Assembly: GCA_964016885.1 (NCBI GenBank) | Contig: OZ024747.1 | Coordinates: 23,994,001 to 24,058,000, forward strand | DNA length: 64,000 nt | Source: Eledone cirrhosa | Taxonomy: Eukaryota | Reading direction: 5' to 3' | In this document: piece after piece, positions 49,492 through 63,237 of the stretch | Position numbering within the stretch: the first letter of the stretch is position 1 | Layout of the letters: every line of letters starts with the position of its first letter | The notes under the pieces: generated by a model | The model's database searches: none | Seen by the model: only the letters and a program-made list of their open reading frames with translations | What the model was told of the DNA's origin: nothing | Made by a program: the position numbers and the translations under genes

Positions 49492-51195
49492 AAGAGAAAA
49501 CATGCTGACTACAATTATAACAGGAGGAAGGTAAAGTTCTGCTGTAGTAGTATTTTGAAATGTTCTTGGATTTAGGTTCATTTGTTGAGAGTCAAGGGTG
49601 AGGAAGTTGTGTTGACAGCAGCTGAGAAGAGATATATTTATGGGTTGGTAAGGTACTTACAGACATTAGTGTGGTATAGAACTAAGAAGGCTAGAATGTA
49701 CTTAATGATTATATTTCTGTGGTGGTTCGTGCAGTATAGTGGGTATCCTAAGTTGAAAGCTAAGTTACGTCGGTTCGATTCACGGAGGCTTAAATCTTAT
49801 GAATTTAGTGGCGATCCTGTGTCTGCAGAAGATTGATCTTTCTAACTTGTTGAGTAGCCTTTTTACATTTCTAAGGATATATAGTAATTCTAGATCACAG
49901 AGCCTACAGTGGGACATACCGGTACTGTAGGTCTTTGCGGCCGACAACCTCGACCAGTTGATACTGTAGTTGGTGTTATTGTCCTTAAGTGCCCAGATTT
50001 TTTTGGCGAGGGTTGTAGAACCCATAAGTGCACGGTTTTTCATCGAGTGTCTGTGCACATACCATCTTTTTTTAAAAGTACCCGCGGTGGATCCAATGTA
50101 ATGCCAAGTGGAGTTGTCTGAGTTGACCGTACACATGTACACTAGGCTCGAATCAAGGCATCTATTCGCCAATGGTAGGTGACAGTTACAGTTTGAGGTG
50201 TTATTTCGTGCAGCTTCCGCACTGCTGTTTTGTACACTGCTATAAGTGGGTTGTGATTCATGCCCGTTGGGGTTTTGCTGCTGCGTGCTTGTATGCGCTT
50301 GCGGTTGTGATACTGTGATGTGTTTATGTTTATAATTTGGTGCTATGTTCCGCATAGGTGGGGCGGATTCCCTAGAGGTATTTCTGTGGTTGATCTTGCG
50401 TATGTGCGATTCTATATTTGCTGCCGTAGAGTATGAGACTTTTATAGCTTTTCTATTGAGTATTTTATGATATCTTTGTGAAATAGGGAAGTGTTTATCT
50501 ATTAGTTTAAAGAATGTAGAAGACAGTCTAGATTTTACAGAGGAGTTTAAGATTGGATTGAACCATAGGTATTTTCTTTCTCTGATTCTTCTATTGTTTC
50601 TAGGGTTTACATTATTGGTGTTTGGACCGCTTACTCTAGGCGCTACGTGCCTAACTCTATGTCTAGTCATGTTACCTCTATTTTTGTGAGAGCGGTTGGT
50701 GTAATTGCTAGTAGGTTTGTTTAAGTTGTCTTTATTCGCTATATACTGCAGTTTATTTTTATGTCCAGCCCTATGTAATGCTGCGTTATAATAGTTAGCA
50801 TGTTCATTAAACATTTCTAGGTTTGAGGATAAGCGGGATATGCTAAGGGATATACTACGTGCTATGGATCTGATTATGGATTTGGGGTGGTTTGAGTTAT
50901 AACTAATGTAGGCCAAATTCTCATTATTTTTGTGGAAGGGTTCTATTAATCCCGTATTTAGATTTAGAGTCACATCTAGAAAGTTTACCTTCTTATGGTT
51001 CAGTTCGTAGGTAATATTTAGGCCTAGTTTTTTGAAGAATGTTCTAATGTTTTTTCTTAATCTTTCCATGCTCTGGTTGTTTAAGTTCCTAGCTATAAGG
51101 AGCGTGTCGTCTCTATAAATCCCTCCTTGGAGGTTACTGAATTCCTTATGTAGGTTGTGTGCTATAAATAGGTCCACGACGTCAGTGATTTGCGC
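49492..51195 (-). mobile_element. 5'-truncated Penelope-like retroelement (Naiad-type) encoding RT C-terminus plus GIY-YIG endonuclease
   Basis: Open frame ~51195->49780 contains GIYRDDTL, VNFLDVTLNLNTG, SNHP, WFNP, KVSYS, CNC..P....C, VY.C...YIGST..FKKR..H, IWALK, CRLC..E, LLN..E....CRH. Both ends abut (TA)n/(CA)n. The track's N-terminal YIYI/CVCV is microsatellite. Confidence 0.9.
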
Positions 51196-51238
<43 letters not shown>

Positions 51239-51243
51239 CACAG

Positions 51244-51285
<42 letters not shown>

Positions 51286-51287
51286 AG

Positions 51288-51418
<131 letters not shown>

Positions 51419-51715
51419 CATATATATACAAACATACATACATGTATAAATATGTATATTGTTATACTTTGGGCGGGTCATGTTGGCAATAAAATCAGAC
51501 GCACCAGATGAGTTTCACGTCAGTTTTATTATTAGTTAGGTAACTAATTCATTGCTTGGTTAGTTTAGGATGGTTGTTTAATTGTCACATTTAATTGCCA
51601 CAGCTCATTCTGTGACCTTCTCAGTGATTATTTTTGTTCCTCTGCGTCTGCTCTTTGTTTTGGGTTTGTCTTTTAAAACTGAAGAATCTTGCATAACAGA
51701 ACCAAAATCGAAGTG

Positions 51716-51786
<71 letters not shown>

Positions 51787-52369
51787 TAGCTGAGTTACCC
51801 GGCGTTGCACAGGTCATTACATCCATCCAATAAGGCCCCCCCCCCCCCCAAGGTAAATGTAATAAAACGAAACATGGTATATAACAAAAGTCCAGTTATA
51901 CTTAAAATCCACGAACATTTTTTTACAGTCAATGTTACACGTTTTTATTAATTATGCACATAATTTAAATTATGATAAATTATGATCGATTAGTTGCCTC
52001 ACTTATTCCTTTGAGTGTGTATAGATTCGCAAAAAATCTAATTAAATTATTTATTTATGATTAGAATCCATCTTTTTTCGTTCAACAATCAATGAAAAAA
52101 CGTAAAAATAAATATACTTGAAATGAAACACTTTTGCATTAATTTCAAACTAATTTTACATGTTTAGAGACTTTTTCTTTTCAGGCACTTTTAATTGACC
52201 TACATAATTGTCATTCTAATACATCCTTAATATGGTTATAAAAAGCTAACACGACAAATTTTTTTTTCCATGTTGAAGGCTTGGACCGCTACAGCACTTT
52301 AAACACTACCTGTCATAGGCGCATTGCCACAGCTGACTGGTTCGACAATGCAGTCCAAGACGTAAGGAC

Positions 52370-52615
52370 AATTTGGAGGCTCGATATGTAATAAAGTTTT
52401 GTCAAGCTCGGCAAAAAACGTTGCAGAAACCTATGAAATGGTCAAAACTTTCATGAGTCGGGTGACTGTTTTCCGCTGGCACAAAAGGTTCCGGGGGGGG
52501 GGGGGGGGGGGGCACTGGAGCAAGTGGGGGACGACAAGAGATGTGACAGTGAGAGAGACATCAGGACGCCAAAGCTGTTCGACAAAATTCGCAAATTTCT
52601 GGACGAGGGAGAGAG
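52370..52615 (+). mobile_element. mariner transposase N-terminal (HTH) remnant
   Basis: IKFCQAR.. / ETYEMVKT..MSRVTVFRWHKRFRGG ... SGR pattern, frameshifted. Confidence 0.65.
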
Positions 52616-52639
52616 GAAGACAGACGGAGTGGAGGAGGG

Positions 52640-52730
<91 letters not shown>

Positions 52731-53533
52731 ATATTTTAGAACTGGATTGGTACTGTATTAATCGACATCGAAAGGATAAAAGAAAAGTTGACTTCGGCTG
52801 GATTCAAATTCAGAGCACAGAGAACCGAAGTGAATGCTGCGAAGCATTCTACCTGACGTTCTAACGACTCTGTCCATTCAATTCCTTTGGTGTTAACTAA
52901 GAAAACTAACCATGAGCCTATTTATAAGAGAGAGATCTATTTAAGCTTTTGAGCCAGGTGGTGACAGTAGTCTATGCATATGTATATGTGTTTCGATCAA
53001 CGAAACAGTCTGTTGGTGAAAGACACGTGTACCCTCACCTTAGTTTGTTCTCGGGGAGATTCAACATGATAAGGCTGACTCTTTGAATTACAAGTATAAA
53101 TAATTTATTTTCCAGCTATGTAAATTGAAGCAACGTGAAATAAAGTATTTTTCTCAAGGACACAGTGCTGTCGCCGGGAAACGTATTCCATAACTACTAA
53201 TCCAGCCACTTGCACGGTGTGCTTCATATGCCGGCTACAAACACAGTACATTTACCATGATGCTATTGTATTCTAAATGATCACATCTAATGATTGATCT
53301 CATGTACCTTTTACAGCATCATCATCATCATCATCAACAACAATAACTACAATCAACATTAAACATAACCGTGGTTTAGTGAATAAGTTATTCAAGTATA
53401 TCATAGTAGTGGTTCAACTACACAATACAATACGCTACAGTTGGTTCTACATACATGTAAATACTTGCAAATGTGCATCAGCATAATCGAACTTATATCT
53501 CTATACATACATATGTATGTATATGTATGTATG

Positions 53534-53579
<46 letters not shown>

Positions 53580-53731
53580 CCAAAAGTTAAATAAGGTTCA
53601 TTGATTAATCAATGAATATAGTTTTACAATAATATAATTTTAATAGATTAGAAGCACTCAACAAAAAAGTTTTCTGGAGTTATTAATATTAATTCAAAAC
53701 AATATATATATATATATATAAATAAATATAT

Positions 53732-53764
<33 letters not shown>

Positions 53765-54224
53765 ATCAACAAATGAGCACAAGCATATATCTCCTCTTCA
53801 GCTATCCCTTGGAAATACAATTTCGTACACTAGGATGGTATTATAAAATTATAGCCATGTCTTACAGCGCCTTAATTTTTTTAGGCACTCCGGGGGGTGA
53901 GGGTGGGGTAGAGGCGTAAGGCAACACAACAACAAAGTAACTGAACAGAAAATAAATAGTACAGGTGAATACAAACGACTATATATATATGAACGTATAC
54001 GTATGTTTGTATATATATATATATATTTGTGTCTACTTTAGGCACAAGGCCAGCAATTACCCAGTTCATTACTGGTACTTTATTTTATCGACCCCGTAAG
54101 GATGAAAGGCAAAGTCAACCTCGGCGGGATTTGAACTCAGATCGTAAAGGGACGTAACTATGCTGGAAAGTATGGCGTCCGACCCTCTACCGATACTGCC
54201 AATCCACCGCCTTATATATATATA

Positions 54225-55042
54225 TATTATATTATATTTAGAGTTTAAACTCAAAGTCATTTACAATTAATCAGCTCAAAGAAAGAAGCATTTCCGAGCA
54301 GTGAAATACAAGTTAATATATATTAATATATGATAAACACATACGTGTTTGTATTGCAACAGACAAATATAAGCTTGTCTTTATTGACTTATATCGAGAC
54401 AGACAAATTGTATTCATTTTAATTAGTTTATTTCATTCTAGCTAACTTTGTCTCTTGCAATACAAACACGTATGTGTTTATCATATATTAATATATATTA
54501 ACTTGTATTTCACTGCTCGGAAATGCTTCTTTCTTTGAGCTGATTAATTGTAAATGACTTTGAGTTTAAACTCTAAATATAATATAATATTATTGCTCCT
54601 TAACTGTAGAGCTAATTTTTAATCCCATATAAACGGCTGTTATTTCTATCACTGTGAGTATGGGATGGCTAGTATAGCTGATTATACCTCGTGTGAATCA
54701 GTCCTACAACATTTTTGGAGGTGAAATGTACTAATTTTACGGGACTCCTGTTGATAAGCACAGAAGATTTGAATATTTCACTTTTTATATTTCACTTTTT
54801 ATACCATCGTTGCGAAACATATTTAAGTTTCGAAGTTCAAATTCATCTACGGAGCAGGTTTGGATTTTGAAATTTAAATTTGTCCAGGAATCACGGCTTT
54901 TGCCAATATAAGCTTGTCTTTATTGACTTATATCGAGACAGACAAACTGTATTCCTTTTAATTAGTTTATTTCATTCTAGTTAACTTTGTCTCTTGCAAT
55001 ACAAACACGTATGTGTTTATCATATATTAATATATATTAACT

Positions 55043-55047
<5 letters not shown>
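54225..55047. repeat. Palindrome (arms ~140 bp, 54225-54590) plus direct duplicate of its core at 54907-55047
   Basis: 54225-54367 is the reverse complement of ~54447-54590; 54367-54508 is repeated at 54906-55047, ending in (TA)n. Confidence 0.85.
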
Positions 55048-55118
<71 letters not shown>

Positions 55119-55200
55119 AAAGTTTTATTTAAATTGTTGGGATACAACAAGCAAATATTTTTATAACTGATATAAAGCACTCGACAAATATTTGGAGTAG

Positions 55201-55298
55201 ATATACGATATTAATAAATGGAAACTATATTTATAAAACCCTATTTATTTCATGAAATAAATATGGTTTTATAAATATAGTTTCCATTTATTAATATC

Positions 55299-55304
<6 letters not shown>
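55201..55304. repeat. Spacer-less 52-bp-arm palindrome centred on TTTCA|TGAAA
   Basis: Arms correspond to the sequence 3' of the hammerhead at 46185-46249. 55115-55175 matches the other flank of that element (46260-46324) in reverse. Confidence 0.85.
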
Positions 55305-55341
<37 letters not shown>

Positions 55342-55347
<6 letters not shown>

Positions 55348-56225
55348 AAAATGGAACGGGAACAAAACAAAGAGGCAGTACGAACAAAGGTTTATTAGTT
55401 TCACGCTCTTGAGAGTGGGGGGCGGGGAACGACGTTTCGGGCTTAAGCCCTTCTTCAGTCGAAAAGTGGGTGGGAAGAGAGTTCCGAGGGTGTGTAGGGG
55501 AGTGGAGGAGAGACATTTAGAAAAAAAAGGGGGAGGGGCAACGGTGGAAGGGGTACAAATAAAAAAAATAAATAAATAAATAAACATGAAGATAAACAAG
55601 TAGTGGAAGGGTGTGGGGCGTGTAGGGGTGGTGGCGGGTGGAGTGGCGAGAGAGAGGCGGGGTGTCCGAGCGAGGAGGGCTGAAGGTGGTGTATGTGTGT
55701 AGGTGTATGTGTGTGTGTATGTGAATGTGAGAGTTGGGGGAAGAACGAGGTTCCATGTTCAGGAAAAGCTGTGTGTGTGTGGGGTGGGGTGTAGGTCGGT
55801 GTGTGTGTGCGTGTGGATGGGGAGGGGTCAGAGGGGGGGGGATTCCAGAGGCTGAGTGTGTATATATGTGGGGGTACGCACATGTGTGTGGTGTTTATAC
55901 GTTTTGTGGATGTAGGTGGCGTGGTTCGAAAAACATTTTTTTAGTGTGTGTCCGCGGGTAAGTTCCTAAGGTAGTTCCGTCGAGGGTGTGAAGAGTTGTC
56001 GGATATTTTCCATGTGAGGGAGTAGATAGTGGGAACAATGGCCAATGGTGTGTAATCCGTGGTTGTGTTGGTCGGAAGAGGGGAGGTGTGGGGTGCACGC
56101 GCAACAGGAAGTGGTCAGAGGGTCAAGGCAGGATGAGGGTAGAGGAGAATGACAGGTGGGGAGGACTGTGTGTCTGTGTGTGCGGAGAAGTGGTCAGAGG
56201 TTCAAGGCATAACAGCAGTAGAGGA
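55342..56225 (-). mobile_element. Degenerate Penelope-type 3' end with minimal hammerhead core at 55431-55458
   Basis: CTGAAGA-A-GGGC ttaa GCCC-GAAACGTC with imperfect stem I; AATAAA ~40 nt downstream; pyrimidine-rich UTR; (TA)n flanks. Confidence 0.6.
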
Positions 56226-56296
56226 TATATATATATATATATATATATATTATGGAATACTGTTGGCTTTTTGCTACAATGTTTTCTATACCTTTC

Positions 56297-56362
<66 letters not shown>

Positions 56363-56369
<7 letters not shown>

Positions 56370-56745
56370 TAAACGGAATAGAAAATGCTGACAAATTGTT
56401 CACAGTTGAAAAATGGTTTAATTAGGAATAAAAGAGTATTAGTGATTGTATGGGTTAGTATTCAGTTTAAGTTTTTAAGTTTTTACCGGTTGCGCATTTC
56501 TAAATGCTTTTCAAAAATAATTTTGAGATAGAGTGTCCGTGCTGTTTGCTCTGATCAGCACGGACACTCTATCTCAAAATTATTTTTGAAAAGCATTTAG
56601 AAATGCGCAACCGGTAAAAACTTAAAAACTTAAAACCACAACTGAATACTAACCCATACAATCACTAATACTCTTTTATTCCTAATTAAACCATTTTTCA
56701 ACTGTGAACAATTTGTCAGCATTTTCTATTCCGTTTACCAATATA
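56363..56745. repeat. Palindrome, ~180-bp arms, 11-nt spacer, flanked by (TA)n
   Basis: Centre GTCCGTGCTG tttgctctgat CAGCACGGAC. Contains a decayed hammerhead-like motif at 56583-56619. Confidence 0.92.
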
Positions 56746-56776
56746 TAATAACTTGTGTGTTACACCTCTATTCTTT

Positions 56777-56822
<46 letters not shown>

Positions 56823-56915
56823 AACATACGTATACGTTTGTATTCACCTGTACTATATATATATTATTTATATATATATATTATATAATTACATAATAAA
56901 CAACACAATATAATT

Positions 56916-57074
56916 ATTCCATTACCAAAGGTTTCAGGAAACCAGACGATCTTAACAGAAATGTCCAGCACGCTCATCAGATGAAATATTACATCTGATG
57001 AGATTTCATCTGATGAGCGTGCTGGACATTTCTGTTAAGATCATCTAGTTTCCTGAAACCTTTGGTAATGGAAT
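56916..57074. ncRNA. Head-to-head pair of hammerhead ribozymes (56916-56987 on -, 57003-57074 on +)
   Basis: ATTTCAT-CTGATGA-(38 nt weak stem II)-GAAACC ttt GGTA^ATGGAAT. The downstream tail GCTCTGTA...TACATAGAGCACTCTT..(AC)n is shared with the 30163-30637 element. Confidence 0.7.
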
Positions 57075-57163
57075 AATTATATTGTGTTGTTTATTATGTA
57101 ATTAAATAGCTCTGTACAATACATAGAGCACTCTTCTTCCTTTTACCTTTTCTACGGAAATAC

Positions 57164-57269
<106 letters not shown>

Positions 57270-57596
57270 AATGTGTCATATTTTATCCTGAGTTCAGTTT
57301 TGTTCGTCGCTTTGGTCACTGCGGTTGTCTATCGGTCGCTGTCTTCAATTTGCAAAGCTCTCTAAACGTAATGTTATAACTCTCAGGTAATATACCTTAT
57401 TGAGTGCTTAGCTGCACACCCCGACTGCATTCGTTAGCTTGGCTGCAGCCAGAGCTTCGATGATGCTGTACTAAATTTTGTGTATATATATTTATATATG
57501 TATATATATGTGTATATATATGTGTGTGTGTGTGTGTATTCATCTCATTCCCATCATTAACATCATTTAACGCCCGTTTTCCTTGATATATGTATG

Positions 57597-57678
<82 letters not shown>

Positions 57679-57692
57679 AGTGTGTGTGTATG

Positions 57693-57731
<39 letters not shown>

Positions 57732-57838
57732 TATATATATATTATATATATATGCATATATATGTGTGTAGGGGGTGTATATAATCATTCTTATTCCCAT
57801 CATCAACATCTTTTAACTCCCGTTTTCCTTGATATATG

Positions 57839-57883
<45 letters not shown>

Positions 57884-58346
57884 GTGTGTGTGTGTGTGTG
57901 TATGTGTGTGCGTGCGTATGTGTTTGTGTGTATATGTTTGTGTGTGTGTGCGTTTCTGTGCATGTGTGTGTATGCGCGTTGAAGTAAAATGGTGATAAAG
58001 CCGTGTCGAGCCTGCTGGATTATTCATTCGACATCCTGTTGCGGTCTTTCGCCTGTTGGTCCAGTTGTAATCAATAGGTGAGCTTATTAGTGTGCTTTAG
58101 CTGTTCAATAATTGGACGACAGATGTAACTCAGTGGGAGTTTATCTCTAATATAGGCATTAATAGGCTCTGTAGGTTAAATTGGTTTCAGTATGTACGTG
58201 AACACAAGATCAGTTTTCTTATCTTTAAAACATTCGCTGCGTGGCTTAAAACGCATTTTTTTAGATTTACAAGGATATTTTGAAGAATGAAAGAAACAAA
58301 AAAACAAAAATCAATTTCAGAATGTTTCAACATACTTTTAGGGAAA

Positions 58347-58500
58347 CAGACCTGTCAACTCTCTTCGTCGGACGGGGAGATCTCCCACCCACTCCAAAGT
58401 GGGTGGGAGATATCTTCTCTTGTGAAAATTGGTAATATGTAAAATCTCCCCATTTTGCCTCATTTCTCCCCATTTAGGTTTTTAGAGGCTGGCAGGTCTG
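58347..58500. mobile_element. MITE with CAGACCTG termini and apparent 6-bp TSD
   Basis: GGGAAA-CAGACCTGTCAAC...GCTGGCAGGTCTG-GGGAAA; internal 14-bp hairpin ATCTCCCACCCACT/AGTGGGTGGGAGAT. Confidence 0.6.
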
Positions 58501-59409
58501 GGGAAATGAACTGGTGAGGAGGTATATGAGGAACATAGACATTAATAAAATTGGTTAATAAAATTGAAATGAAACACAACCAGGACATGTGTTTTTAATT
58601 GGCAATATGACCCTTCCAAATTACAAAATGTTGATATTACATTTAAGAATCTTGCAAAACAAATACAAAACGATTTCTAAGTGATTTTGAAGGTGAGACG
58701 TGGTTTTGTGTGATTGTGAATACAATGTGTATTGGAATGAAATATAAAATCACAACCTTATACTCATATGAAAGGGATATACCGTACATTATAAAATACT
58801 TGCATATTTAAACAGAACAAATATATCGGTAACAATTAGTATCAATAAATAGGAATGAATTTTTATAGATACGGTATATGTTGCGATGGATTTCGACATA
58901 GTTTATACTACAGCGTATGTCTCGGAATCTACGGTGACCTCAACAAATATTTAAAAGGTATATATATGTTTTCAATTATAGAGAGATCAACCGGTGAAAT
59001 GTTTTTTAATTAGAGGTTTTGATTGCTCAAGAAGCAACCAAGTGTAAATACAGCGCATTGTACGTGCAGACAATGCAAATATCTAATTAACCCATTCGGT
59101 GCCATATTTCTCATGAAAATCACTGCATATAATTTTCAAATAATCAAGAATTTGGATGGATTTAGTAATATAAATTTTTCGTTATTAAACTGGTGTTTGG
59201 AGCATAACTTAATAAAGGTTCTTATATAAACCTTTTTGTTAGATAAATATATTCACTTTAAAACAAACTGTTGTGTTTTGTAGTTTCAGGAAGTTAGGTA
59301 TCAAAAGAGTTAATATTAGTGCATAACATGTAACAGTAGAAAGTTTTCGACATACGGCGGAATTGAGGTAACTAACCTTACCCGTTTATTTATACTGGAC
59401 ACCCTAAAG

Positions 59410-59576
59410 CAAGGTTTCCCAAACCTTTTCGTACGTGGAGCCCTTTTTTGTTCAGAAACTTTTAGGATAACCCCAAAGTCTAATACTGTTATATGGTCGT
59501 AATATAACTATACTTTTCTACCTTTTTTCACAGAAGCCCAAACACAATTTTACGGAAGCCACTTTGAGAACCACTG
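59410..59576. mobile_element. hAT-type MITE
   Basis: CAAGGTTTCCCAAAC...CTTTGAGAACCACTG with 8-bp TSD CCCTAAAG/CCCGAAAG. Confidence 0.7.
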
Positions 59577-59579
59577 CCC

Positions 59580-60440
59580 GAAAGGAACATCACACTCATA
59601 CAGATCGACCTGTACAAAGATGACGACTTGGCAATCTTAAGCAATGTTAAGGGCAACGCCATGGATAAGTTCAGGAAAAAATTCAAATAGCGATCTTCAA
59701 AACTAATTTAATTAAAGTTGGCTTCCTGTACATTGCACCAGACTTCTCCAGACAGACAAATACTACCTCAGTAGGATGCCTAAAAAGGAAACCATTTACA
59801 TCCATTATATCTCTAATCGACCTTCAGCTATAATTAATAAACTAGTAAGTAGTATCAGCTGAAAAGTCTCTAAATTATCGTCTGATAAAGATATCATCAA
59901 CTAGGCCACCACTCATTACATTGAATCATTAATGATCAGTGGCTTTCGTGAGAGGTTAGTATTTTAGTATATATGGAGGTTTCCTCAACACACAATTCCC
60001 TCCTCCAAAAACAAGAATTAAGAAGAGAAGTGTAACCCGTTTCAATCCTCCATTCAATCTAGATGTCTAGACAAATATGGCAAATACCGCATTTCCCGGC
60101 ACTCAAGACGCTTCGTCCTCGAGGACGCACCCTAATTTTGACAACCAAAAATTTGAAAATAAAATAATAATGAAAAATGCAACCTTCGGCCTCCAGGACA
60201 TATGGTAAATTTTTGAGACTTATTTTAGGAAATACGGTAACTTCTTGTCCCGGATTAGACTGCACATTCCAAAATAAGTACCACAAACTCTTTAATTCCC
60301 AGAATTTTAAGATTAGCTACTCATGTTTAGATAACATCGCTCAGAGCATTGCATGCTACAACAGAAAACACACGCACGCATACATCTACCCCAACTCCAT
60401 CCTACGAACTAACTTGTCAATGCGAATTCAATAAATCCAA
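59580..60440 (+). mobile_element. Old degenerate Naiad-type Penelope-like RT remnant
   Basis: LYKDDDLAIL..., SNRPSAII, SKLSSDKDI, RFNPPFN, FKISYSCLDNIAQSIACYNRK, with stops and frameshifts. Confidence 0.75.
60087..60237. mobile_element. pogo/Tc1-mariner-type MITE nested in the Penelope remnant
   Basis: TA-CCGCATTTCC...GGAAATACGG-TA. Confidence 0.65.
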
Positions 60441-60451
60441 TACGTGTTCAC

Positions 60452-60588
<137 letters not shown>

Positions 60589-60735
60589 CATACGTGCGCT
60601 ACACACACTATACATGCACATATATACTCACAACTTATTGTGCTCAGAACGGTAGTCAATAGTGTTACATTGATCACATGGCAGTATGGATGTATCTACT
60701 GTGTAAATGTGTGTGTATATACATACATATATATA

Positions 60736-60832
<97 letters not shown>

Positions 60833-60891
60833 AATATACACACACACATATATATATGTGTGTGTGTGTGTATGTGTATATATATATATAC

Positions 60892-60949
<58 letters not shown>

Positions 60950-60954
<5 letters not shown>

Positions 60955-61137
60955 AAAAAGTATGACCCCGCCGGCAGAGCTCAAGCCGTTTCTGAGTCTA
61001 GAAATAGCCGTCGAAACGGCTTGAGCTCTGCCGTCGGGGTCATACTTTTTCCTATTACCCACTCTACTACCCTAAGTATTGAGTACTCTGGTGCGTTATG
61101 GTCCATCTGGTTCCTTACCACATCTCCTTCGTTATAT
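60950..61137. mobile_element. Palindromic short element, second copy of the 29935 family
   Basis: Arms ATAGGAAAAAGTATGACCCCG.CGGCAGAGCTCAAGCCGTTTC / GAAACGGCTTGAGCTCTGCCGTCGGGGTCATACTTTTTCCTAT; shared tail; (TA)n flanks. Confidence 0.75.
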
Positions 61138-61765
61138 ATATAGCTTCTCGCTAAAACAATTTCTATACCTTTCATTTATGTATATATACATATATATATA
61201 AATAAACATATATATATGAATAAACATCGTTGTCTCTGATCGAGACGAAGCAGACGTGTATTTGAATACATACAAAAATGAGACAACTTATCGCTAGAAC
61301 AGCCGTTAAATCAGCCAAATACTGTCAATAACAGTGATGGGCAAACATTGTCTCAGAGGACAGAGAGCAGCGGTCATTGGTCGGCAGAGAGACAATCCAC
61401 GAGGTGGATGACAAGCAGATGAAATATAGAAAAAATTGAAAGAAGAGGAGGACAAAGGAGAAATGTGTATGTTTGATGTCTGTATAGATTATATCGATTA
61501 ACATTTTGCTGAGCTATCTTGACAATACGAAGCAAAATTGTTAAGTAACAGCATCCTTTATCTCTCTCTCTCTCTCTCTCTCTCAGTAACGGATTAAAAC
61601 TTAGTGGGGCGCTCAGTTGGTTAAAGTATGGCGGTTCCCTTTGAAAGATATTACACCAGAAGGTCACAAAAAAGAAACATATACGCCTTTTGATTATTTT
61701 GAGGTCCCTCTTCATTTGAAACACTAAGTACATGTTTATTTCGTTTAATGGTTAATCCAGGAATA

Positions 61766-61806
<41 letters not shown>

Positions 61807-61993
61807 CTTCTCTTTCTCTCTCCCTCTTTCTCTCTCCCTCTTTCTCGCTTTCTCTCTTTCTCTCTCTTTTTCCTCTCTCTCTTTCTCACCCCTCTCTCTC
61901 CCCTGTTGTAAGTTTTAAAACTTGTGAGAAATCGATCAATTTGCTGCTAAACCAACAAACTAATAATCAATCAGTAGACGGGTTTGTGCATGC

Positions 61994-62024
<31 letters not shown>

Positions 62025-62225
62025 TGTATGTATGTATGTATGTATGTATGTATGTATGTATGTATACATGTATGTATGTATGTATGTATGTATGTATGTA
62101 TGTATGTATGTATGTATGTATGTATGCATGTATGTATGTATGTATGTATGTATGTATGTATGTATGTATACATGTATGTATGTATGTATGTATGTATGTA
62201 TGTATGTATACATGTATGTATGCAT

Positions 62226-62748
62226 GTCAGGTTGTTCTCGAGTGCTACTGGTAACATGTAACCCAGTACAACCTGTCTCATGGTCGGGTCATCGGTATCT
62301 AAACTGGCAACCCCACCAAGCTAGCTTGGCGGGGAGGGTGATATTTAAACATCCTGCTGGATAAAATACAAGACCCGGCAAAGGGCGGAGTAATTCAGCA
62401 GAGTCAACGGCCATCCAAATAGTATTGGGGGGGGGGGGTCACCTGGAAATGAAAGGCCCCCTAGTTGTCACAACACCTTTCTAGGAGAGGGAAACTCTGA
62501 CAAAAAACCTGCGGCTTCGGAAACATCTGATGATGTTGACCAGTTCTCCTTTTCGGGTAGTGTTTTCGATGCTCAGAGAGTGGGATTGGTCGAGTGCAAG
62601 GCCTTTCCCCACTTAAAAAACCTTCAAAGCACAAGCATTGCTTGTTCAGGGTCTGTTACAGGTTCGTGTGGCTGGCCGTAGCCTAAAAGTGCACCAAATT
62701 ATAATCTGACAAACGATTGCAATACTCTTAGCAGAGTTTGCAGCCATC
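62226..62748 (+). mobile_element. (TATG)n-embedded retroposon, second copy
   Basis: Homologous to 33674-34273. Confidence 0.75.
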
Positions 62749-63237
62749 ATGTATGTATGTATGTATGTATGTATGTATGTATGTATGTATGTATGTATTA
62801 TGTATGTATGTATGTATGTATGTATGTATGTATGTATGTATGTATGTATGTATGCATGTATGCATGCATGCATGTATGTATGTATGTATGTATGTATGTA
62901 TGCATGTATGTATGTATGCATGTATGTATGTATGTATGTATGTATGCATGTATGTATGTATGTATGTATGTATGTATGTATATATGTATGTATGTATTAT
63001 GTATGTATGTATGTATGTATGTATGTATGCATGCATGTATGTATGTATGTATGTATGCATGTATGTATGTATGTATGTATGTATGTATGTATGTATGCAT
63101 GCATGCATGTATGTATGTATGTATGTATGTATGTATGAATGTATGTATGTATGTATCTATGTATGTATGTATGTATGTATGTATGTATGCATGTATGTAT
63201 GTATGTATGTATGTATGTATGTATGTATGTATGTATG

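Noticed and set aside
49780-51195. Selenoprotein-type Naiad (in-frame UGA plus SECIS)
   Set aside because: There is no in-frame TGA before the terminal stop, which follows the conserved CRH motif, and I could not recognise a SECIS.
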